Assembly: GCA_905207705.1 (NCBI GenBank)
Contig: CAJLMA010000001.1
Coordinates: 214,588-278,587, forward strand
Direction of reading: 5' to 3'
Length of the DNA: 64,000 bases
From: an uncultured Prevotellaceae bacterium
GTDB taxonomy: Bacteria > Bacteroidota > Bacteroidia > Bacteroidales > Muribaculaceae
This document shows, piece after piece, positions 57,653 to 64,000 of the stretch (positions are counted from its first letter, which is position 1; each line of letters begins with the position of its first letter). Under the pieces are notes generated by a model that saw only the letters and a program-made list of their open reading frames with translations, was not told the DNA's origin and searched no databases. The translations under genes and the position numbers were made by a program.

Positions 57653-58285
57653 TCAAAAACCATAAAATTCTTTCATTCCCAACATCATTATCAATGTCGC
57701 TTCGCCAAAGAACTTCATTAATTCCTTGTTTGAGCGCAGCCGCGACAAGGCATTGTTGATGGTATTGTAAACTGTGCGTTTGCTCACTTTCATTATATCG
57801 GATATTTCATCCGTGTCAAGCCCTTTATAGTAACGCAGATACAACATTTCACGCTGTTGCCGACTCAATTTGTCCAGCTCCCTCTTGAATATAAGCAGGC
57901 CTTCTCGTTCTTGCTCATCATGTATCAAACGGCTCTCCACATCAGGCTCAAGCGTGAAATCATAATCCATGCCATTACTCTCATCAAACTCGTTGACGTT
58001 GCGCATCGGATTACGTTGCAACTCGTTTACGAGCAAATTTTTCAACGCCTTACACAAATAGGCAGTTAACGATTTGGGAGCAGATATCTTTTTACGTTTT
58101 TCAAATATGTTTAAGAAAAGCGTTTGAATGGCATCCATCACAACCGCTTCATTATCTATAATCTTCATCCCATAGCCATACAAAAGCTCACTGTATTTAT
58201 CATACAAGTTCCTGAAAGCTGTTTCATTCCCGGCTTGTATATCCGACCATGAAATGTACAATAATCCATTCATACTAAATGACAC
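57653..58285 (-). CDS. ECF-subfamily RNA polymerase sigma-70 factor
   Basis: Sigma region 2 is FRNLYDKYSELLYGYG. Region 4 is a helix-turn-helix (REMLYLRYYKGLDTDEISDIMKVSKRTVYN). It is about 200 aa. Confidence 0.85.
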   Translation of the reverse strand: MSFSMNGLLYISWSDIQAGNETAFRNLYDKYSELLYGYGMKIIDNEAVVMDAIQTLFLNIFEKRKKISAPKSLTAYLCKALKNLLVNELQRNPMRNVNEFDESNGMDYDFTLEPDVESRLIHDEQEREGLLIFKRELDKLSRQQREMLYLRYYKGLDTDEISDIMKVSKRTVYNTINNALSRLRSNKELMKFFGEATLIMMLGMKEFYGF

Positions 58286-58759
58286 ACATTTTGTGATATT
58301 TTACCATGACAAATGGCAAGATAATCAAAATATTCCTTAAATAACTCCTTCTTACCGGCACATATGCTGAAACATCTCTTCTCATTCGAAAATTCAGTCT
58401 CATGATATAGGTTGATACTAATATTTCTTATACGAAAGAATCATGCTTTTTTGCAAATCCAATAACATTTGCAAACTCATGCAAAATTACCCCATCTGAC
58501 ACTAACTAAAGAAAAAATCAAAAAATTTTATTTTCCCTTTGGTAAAAAAAGATGTTCCTTGTGTCATATTAATGCATGGGGACAAATAAACATCTTCCGT
58601 GTGAAGAATACGGCTTTCTCCATGTACCGATATAATGCTGAATTAGATGTAATTGGATAACATATGTGTAGACGTTGGTCTGATGTGAATCAGGTCAACG
58701 TTTTTTCATGTCGTGACACCATCATAGATGCTACTTCATAAAGAAACATGAACGACAAT

Positions 58760-58829
58760 GTGACGGGATATGTCTGAATGTAAATTATTCCATCGCGTCT
58801 GATGACACTGAATCGACATATCCCGTCAC
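58760..58829. repeat. Perfect 15-bp inverted repeat GTGACGGGATATGTC / GACATATCCCGTCAC with a 40-bp spacer
   Basis: This is read directly from the sequence. It lies 30 bp downstream of the batE stop, in a 570-bp intergenic region. Confidence 0.6.
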
Positions 58830-58859
58830 ATTTCCTATTCGCACTATACCAGGTTGAAA

Positions 58860-59654
58860 TTAAATAATTTCCACATTTTTGGCATTTATCCAAGCTCTGT
58901 GTATGTCATCGGCTCTCACATCGAGCCATTTTTCTTTTTCCCCGGCCACGCTGTTTGAAACAGAATCTATTACTTCAACTTTTGTACCTTCATTCAACAA
59001 AAACGCCTCTTCAGTCTTGTCCTTTGGTGTTCTTGGTGATGTGCTCAAAGTTGCCGATGGCACAACCACTATGGCTCTGTTATGATTAGAAACCTTAGAT
59101 TGAACATAAAATGCACACACATTTGCCAAAATCGAACATATCAACAATATGCCTCCACCGAAAAATCCGATTTTACGCACTATCACGGCATTCATGAATA
59201 TATACACTACCACCGCAACAAGGAATGCCAAGAAACATGCAATTCCTATTTTGCCCCATGTTGATGCCGACTGACTTCTTACTGCTTCATCAAGAGAATC
59301 TTTCCAATAGGTTGAACCGCGGTCTATGCTGAGGTTTGCCTTGTCCTTGACAAAATCAAGATTGCTGCGAGCATCTTGGTTGCTCGGATCAAGAAGCAAC
59401 GCACGCTCATAATACAATATAGCCATGCCGCTCTTGTCAAGTTTATAATAAGTATTGCCTATGTTATAGAGCAACTCGCTTGAAGTTCCTTCTTCTTTGG
59501 CAGCTTGCTGGTACAATTGCAATGCCTTATTGTAATCATCATTATTATAGGCTGCTTCAGCCTGCTCGGTCAACGACTGGGCAGTAGCCGTCAATATCGA
59601 AATGACGGCAAAAAACAATAATGTATATATTTTTTTATTCATAACGGCAATCAT
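58860..59654 (-). CDS. batE: BatE-like protein (TPR repeats, TM segments and a C-terminal SH3-like domain)
   Basis: N-terminal TPR units are present (YNKALQLYQQAA, YYKLDKSGMAILYYERALLLDPSN). Two TM helices follow, and then an SH3b-like end (GTKVEVID...WLDVR..WINAKNVEI). Its start overlaps the batD stop (ATGA). Confidence 0.7.
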   Translation of the reverse strand: MIAVMNKKIYTLLFFAVISILTATAQSLTEQAEAAYNNDDYNKALQLYQQAAKEEGTSSELLYNIGNTYYKLDKSGMAILYYERALLLDPSNQDARSNLDFVKDKANLSIDRGSTYWKDSLDEAVRSQSASTWGKIGIACFLAFLVAVVVYIFMNAVIVRKIGFFGGGILLICSILANVCAFYVQSKVSNHNRAIVVVPSATLSTSPRTPKDKTEEAFLLNEGTKVEVIDSVSNSVAGEKEKWLDVRADDIHRAWINAKNVEII

Positions 59655-61486
59655 TTCTTTTTAATGGTTTCCAACTTGTCCATCATGTCTCCGGCATTGT
59701 CAAATACCTCTTTCATGCTCGTATCGGCAAGTTCCGGCGCGTATTGGGCAAATTCGCATTTATCGAGCAATTCCAACAAAGCATTCACATCTTCCTCTTT
59801 TACACCGTGAGACGCAAGCACGCTTGAGATATTTTCTTTGTTCAATTCCGAAACAGGTATTCCCAATTTGTCACTCAGGTATCCCCAGATGGCATTCAAC
59901 ACTTCAGCATAGAACTTATTTGAATCATTTGCCGCCAAATAAGATTTTGCCTGCTTCAAGCGTTTCTTGGCCATCTTGTTGGCATGTTTGTTCTTCATCA
60001 ATGCGACATTTGAACGTGCTTTCAAAGCCTTTCGATAATAAACCAATAACGAAATCAACAATACTGAAGGTATTACATACCACAGCCAATAAGTCCAGTT
60101 CTCAACCAGTGACACATGCTCCTTGCTCAACCCAAGATTGCCTGTCTTTATGTGCAGAATATCGGTATTTTTCTGTTCAATGCCATTGTTTTGAGTCATT
60201 GCAGCTCCTGATGCCGCTCCTGCTCCCTTAGCCACTGTCAGATCATATTTTGGAGTCGACAATGTCACATATTTGCCTTTCGAAGGATCAAAATAGCTGA
60301 ATTCAGTACCCGGAATCTCATATTTACCCACATATTGTGGAATGAACGTATATTCGACCGTCGTTGTACCGCTCACTGTATTGCCCGAAGGCTTGGCATC
60401 AGAATTACTTTGAGGGTCATATACGTCAAATTGAGGCGGGAAACCTATCTTGGGAGACTTGACATACTTGATGTTGCCACTTCCTTTTATTTCATAAGTA
60501 TATGTGGCTGCTTCATATGTCTTCAGCACATTCGGTTTTATCTCGGTCGACACAGTAAACTTGCCAACGGCTCCATTGAAAGATGCCGGCTTAGGTTCGG
60601 GCAACGCCTTTATATTGATAGATTGAGAATTAGACTTGACCGACAACTTTTTTTCAACTGGTTGACGTATTGTTCCAAACATCGACCTTATCGATTCAAA
60701 TTGAACTACGGTAACATCGTAATTTCCCGAAGTTATGGTTAACTTGCCCGATTGCTGAGGAAACAGAATACACTTTTTCAACTCGGCAACCATGTAATTT
60801 TGCCCATTGATGTGTTCCACATTGTTCAATGACGGAGAAATTGGCAACTCCTCGATAAGGAACCCGTTAAACGATGGTTGCAGAGTGGGCATGAATTGCG
60901 AAATCTGATATTTCGTGTACAATTTTATGGTACACACCACTGCTTCCTGTTCATAAGCACTCGACTTAGACAAGTCTATCCTTATAAACAAGTCATTGGC
61001 ATCAACATCCCTTCCTGCCGATTGGGTATCATAGTTATCAATTCTGACGCCATTTCCGCCCTGCCCCGATGAAGATTTGTCGGGAGGTAATATTTCAAGA
61101 GTAAATGGCTTTGTGGTATATTTTTTCCCGTCAGCAGTTATTTCAGCCTTGCCGATATTATATTTCCCGACCTTGTCTGCCCTATAAGTAACAGTATATT
61201 CTTGCGAGGTGCTGCTTGAACTCACGCCATTGATCCACTGTGAACTGTAACTGCTTGACACGGCAGGACCGAAAAGTTTTGTGGCACCATCCACTTTCGG
61301 CTCCACAAATCCGGTACCCTCCGCATTACGGAGTACAAATGTTATGTTGAACTTATTACCTTGTATGACTTGGCGTGGCGCATTTACCGAAAACGACACC
61401 TCTGCCACTACCGAAATGCTTGAAAGCCCGGCAATAAGCACCACCAAACATACTATCCTACCTATGATACTCTTCATATTTTGCAT
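59651..61486 (-). CDS. batD: BatD-like oxygen-tolerance protein
   Basis: It is 611 aa with a signal peptide, a long extracytoplasmic beta-rich region, a TM helix (WLWYVIPSVLLISLLVYY) and a C-terminal cytoplasmic helical tail. The architecture and operon position match BatD. Confidence 0.75.
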   Translation of the reverse strand: MQNMKSIIGRIVCLVVLIAGLSSISVVAEVSFSVNAPRQVIQGNKFNITFVLRNAEGTGFVEPKVDGATKLFGPAVSSSYSSQWINGVSSSSTSQEYTVTYRADKVGKYNIGKAEITADGKKYTTKPFTLEILPPDKSSSGQGGNGVRIDNYDTQSAGRDVDANDLFIRIDLSKSSAYEQEAVVCTIKLYTKYQISQFMPTLQPSFNGFLIEELPISPSLNNVEHINGQNYMVAELKKCILFPQQSGKLTITSGNYDVTVVQFESIRSMFGTIRQPVEKKLSVKSNSQSINIKALPEPKPASFNGAVGKFTVSTEIKPNVLKTYEAATYTYEIKGSGNIKYVKSPKIGFPPQFDVYDPQSNSDAKPSGNTVSGTTTVEYTFIPQYVGKYEIPGTEFSYFDPSKGKYVTLSTPKYDLTVAKGAGAASGAAMTQNNGIEQKNTDILHIKTGNLGLSKEHVSLVENWTYWLWYVIPSVLLISLLVYYRKALKARSNVALMKNKHANKMAKKRLKQAKSYLAANDSNKFYAEVLNAIWGYLSDKLGIPVSELNKENISSVLASHGVKEEDVNALLELLDKCEFAQYAPELADTSMKEVFDNAGDMMDKLETIKKK

Positions 61487-61532
61487 TATATAATAATTCT
61501 AATCCCAATCGCAAGCATAATCAATAGCTCAA

Positions 61533-62360
61533 TCACCAGTTCTTATCTGTCCGGCTGCGTGGACGCTCTTCTTTGGCTTTTTCCTCGTTTACACGTTGCT
61601 GCGTACTTTGTTCGGCATCCTGCATAGCTTTCAATATCTGGTCGATATTTTCCTGACTCATGCCCTGTTGCTGTTGTTGCTGGTTATTCTTTTGTTGCTG
61701 TTGCTGCTGTTGTTCTTGTTGATCCTTTTTATCCTGATTTTGCTGTTGTTGCTGTTGTTGTTTCTGCTGTTGCTGCTGTTGCTGCTGTTCTTGTTGATCT
61801 TTCTTGTCCTGATTTTGCTGGTTTTGTTGTTGCTGCTGTTGCTGCAACATTTTTTGGGCAAGACGCAGATTTTCACGAGCAAAATCATCATCAGGGTTTC
61901 GCCTTAAGCTGTTTTTGTACATTTCAATACTTTGCTCATACTGCTTTTGATGGAAAGCTATATTACCAAGATTGTAATATGCTTTCGACACCAATTCATC
62001 ATTGTTGGAAGTCTTCACGAGATTACCCAACAGGGTTGAAGCCTGCGACATGGGGTTGTTTGCATCCTTCGTGTCGCTCACGTTGGCTTGCTTCAACAAT
62101 GTCGCAGCAAGATTGAATGTAGCTATTTCCGAACTCGGATTGGCTTCAAGAGCCTTTTTGTATTCCACCTCGGCCTCGGCATAGCGCTTTTCTTCATAAA
62201 GGCTGTTACCACTCCTTATGTAATTTCGCTCGTCGCGAGTAGTATTGTCTTCGGCAAAAACAGCCACGGATGTCATCACGGCCATCACAAATGCCACGGC
62301 AATGACGCGCAAAGCTATCATCTTACTTTTTATTCTCGATTCCATTCTTTTTGTTCTCAT
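61533..62360 (-). CDS. batC: BatC-like TPR protein with a C-terminal poly-Gln tract
   Basis: The TM anchor is followed by TPR units (YEEKRYAEAEVEYKKALEANPSS; YYNLGNIAFHQKQYEQSIEMYKNSLRRNPDD). The C-terminal roughly 70 aa are mostly Gln. The true start is probably an internal Met, because the ORF start overlaps batB by 38 bp. Confidence 0.75.
   Translation of the reverse strand: MRTKRMESRIKSKMIALRVIAVAFVMAVMTSVAVFAEDNTTRDERNYIRSGNSLYEEKRYAEAEVEYKKALEANPSSEIATFNLAATLLKQANVSDTKDANNPMSQASTLLGNLVKTSNNDELVSKAYYNLGNIAFHQKQYEQSIEMYKNSLRRNPDDDFARENLRLAQKMLQQQQQQQNQQNQDKKDQQEQQQQQQQQKQQQQQQQNQDKKDQQEQQQQQQQKNNQQQQQQGMSQENIDQILKAMQDAEQSTQQRVNEEKAKEERPRSRTDKNW
61665..61850. repeat. CTG/TTG-rich tract containing an in-frame 75-bp tandem duplication inside batC
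   Basis: GTTCTTGTTGATCCTTTTTATCCTGATTTTGCTG at 61713-61746 recurs as GTTCTTGTTGATCTTTCTTGTCCTGATTTTGCTG at 61788-61821. The period is 75 bp (25 codons). The flanks are (CTG/TTG)n, which encodes poly-Gln on the minus strand. Confidence 0.7.
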
Positions 62361-63387
62361 CTTTAGTAAAGAAATTAATCTTCTTCAACCATGAATTCTT
62401 GCGTTCCAAAACGAACATGTCGCCTACGAGAAATATAAGAGCCAGCCAAGCAAAAACCGGGAATTGCTCGCTATTTTGCGAATACACCACTTTTTGCAAA
62501 TCCGACTTCGCCAATTTTTTCAATTGATCGGACAATTGACCGGCAGCATTCCCGGCATTTCCCGAAACATATATGCCGTCACCGGCCTTGGCTATATCTT
62601 GAGCCATTTTTTCATTCAGATAGGTTGTAACGACATTTCCCGAAGCATCCTTCATCCAAGCACCTCCACCCACAGGGATTGGTGCCCCTTTCGGTGAGCC
62701 CACTCCTATAACGTTGACTTGTATCCCTTTGGACGCAGCATCTTTAGCTACAGCAACGGCATCATCTTCATGGTTCTCTCCGTCGGTTATGACAATTACC
62801 GCCTTTTGCGATTTTTCATTGCCCGAAAAACTGTTCATAGCCAACTTTATAGCCGACCCGATTGCAGTTCCTTGAGTTGAAACCATATCTGTGCTGATGC
62901 TGCTTAAAAACATTTTGGCCGAAGTAAAATCGGCAGTTATAGGCAATTGCGTGTAAGCATTTCCGGCAAATACGATAAGCCCTACTTTGTCATCGCCAAA
63001 GTTGTCAATTAATCGTTCAAGCAACAACTTTGACCGTTGCAGACGGCTGACGCTTTTAGGATCGTCATTGGATGAAGCATTCATTGAATTGGATACATCC
63101 ATTGCCACCATCACCTCTATCCCATGCACCTTTACTGTCTGCTCTGTCGCTCCGGCCCGTGGCCGTGCAAGAATAATGATTATCATTGCCATCGCTATGA
63201 GTTGAAGCACCAGTTTTATTCCCGGCTTGTACTTTGACACATCGGGCATCAACGATGACAGTACATTCATGCGTCCGAAACTGTTCAGGTTCTTTACCCT
63301 TGAAACCCGCGCAAATATGTATAATGCCACTAATACCGGTATAAGCAGCAGTAAATACAAATATTCTGGATTAGCAAAACTAAACAT
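62323..63387 (-). CDS. batB: BatB-like von Willebrand factor A domain membrane protein
   Basis: Two N-terminal TM helices precede a VWA domain whose MIDAS motif is DVSNSM..S...T...DG. It is 354 aa. Confidence 0.8.
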   Translation of the reverse strand: MFSFANPEYLYLLLLIPVLVALYIFARVSRVKNLNSFGRMNVLSSLMPDVSKYKPGIKLVLQLIAMAMIIIILARPRAGATEQTVKVHGIEVMVAMDVSNSMNASSNDDPKSVSRLQRSKLLLERLIDNFGDDKVGLIVFAGNAYTQLPITADFTSAKMFLSSISTDMVSTQGTAIGSAIKLAMNSFSGNEKSQKAVIVITDGENHEDDAVAVAKDAASKGIQVNVIGVGSPKGAPIPVGGGAWMKDASGNVVTTYLNEKMAQDIAKAGDGIYVSGNAGNAAGQLSDQLKKLAKSDLQKVVYSQNSEQFPVFAWLALIFLVGDMFVLERKNSWLKKINFFTKDENKKNGIENKK

Positions 63388-63423
63388 ACGACTGTATCGA
63401 TATTAATCCTTATTATTTTTTAG

Positions 63424-64000
63424 TTATGGGATGTTGCGTAACAATGTATATCTCACGACTTGGTCGGCCAATACAAGCACAAGCAACAATATTGCCCACG
63501 GCATGTAATTATCCTCGGTATGGCTGAAGCTCATGACATCCATACGAGTTTTTTCAAGCTGGTCTATTTCCTTGAATATGTCGTTCAATACATCCTCGTT
63601 AGTTGCCCTGAAATATTTGCCACCGGTGCTGTCGGCAATCTGCCTCAATGTGGCTTCATCAATTACTACCGGCAGTTTTTGGTACTCCATCTTTCCGTAG
63701 TAGTTAACGCCCACAGGGAACAAAGCCGTACCGTTGCTTCCGACACCTATCGTGTAAATTTTAATTCCATATTCCTTGGCAATTTCGGCTGCTGTAAGAG
63801 GAGCCACTACACCTGTATTGTTAGAACCATCAGTGAGTAATATTATGCTCTTTGACTTTGCTTTGCCATTTTTTATGCGGTTTATGGCAGTGGCAATTCC
63901 ATCGCCTATCGCTGTTCCGTCTTCAAGTACACCTATCTTTATATCCTGCAAATAGTTCATCAATACCGTTTTATCAAGAGTGAGAGGCACCTGTGTAAAA
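63424..64000 (-). CDS. batA: BatA-like VWA-domain protein, 5' end lies beyond the window
   Basis: The frame stays open to the window edge. The VWA/MIDAS elements are ILLTDGSNNTG and TIGVGS. There is a C-terminal TM helix (AILLLVLVLADQVV). It lies 36 bp upstream of batB. Confidence 0.8.
   Translation of the reverse strand, partial: FTQVPLTLDKTVLMNYLQDIKIGVLEDGTAIGDGIATAINRIKNGKAKSKSIILLTDGSNNTGVVAPLTAAEIAKEYGIKIYTIGVGSNGTALFPVGVNYYGKMEYQKLPVVIDEATLRQIADSTGGKYFRATNEDVLNDIFKEIDQLEKTRMDVMSFSHTEDNYMPWAILLLVLVLADQVVRYTLLRNIP

Noticed and set aside
58690-58893. 67-codon Cys-rich minus-strand ORF
   Set aside because: It overlaps the batE 3' end in another frame and spans the inverted repeat. It is probably not a real gene.
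1-64000. CRISPR array or rRNA
   Set aside because: There are no regularly spaced direct repeats or rRNA-like conserved stretches anywhere in the window.

Overview
The window reads as a chromosomal segment from a Bacteroidales (Bacteroidota) genome, inferred from gene content and from several candidate Bacteroides-type TAnnTTTG -7 boxes. It is gene-dense and both strands are used. I call about 47 protein-coding genes, 2 tRNAs (Arg-CCG on +, Leu-TAG on -), several hairpin terminators and a few candidate promoters.

The recognisable core genes are:
- gmd and fcl (GDP-fucose synthesis) followed by a family-4 sugar-phosphate transferase
- a CaCA Na+/Ca2+ exchanger
- ung and serB
- cls with a GDSL hydrolase and an acyl-CoA synthetase
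- a four-subunit 2-oxoacid:ferredoxin oxidoreductase operon
- a TonB-dependent receptor with a surface-lipoprotein partner
- a PASTA protein, rluD and a CAT-family acetyltransferase
- the giant T9SS translocon gene sprA next to ruvA
- cdaA and folP
- an LptD-like protein
- typA and rpsO
- an S8 protease carrying a T9SS C-terminal sorting domain
- ppk1 and ppx
- an ECF sigma / FecR anti-sigma pair
- the aerotolerance operon batA to batE, with batA truncated at the window end

I found no CRISPR array, transposase, integrase or rRNA. The items that look least described are listed below.
1. An ECF-sigma / FecR module whose outer-membrane partner is a small STN-domain beta-barrel rather than a TonB-dependent transducer.
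2. An operon of envelope proteins of unknown function:
   - a Cys-less TlpA-like protein
   - a Tyr-rich tandem-repeat secreted protein
   - a 658-aa beta-barrel
   - a membrane-anchored solute-binding-like protein
3. A TonB-dependent receptor coupled to a non-SusD surface lipoprotein.
4. A 690-bp ORF-free region that ends in a bidirectional terminator.
5. An in-frame 75-bp tandem duplication that encodes a poly-Gln tract in batC.

All functional assignments come from reading the ORF translations for motifs and cannot be confirmed by a database search here.
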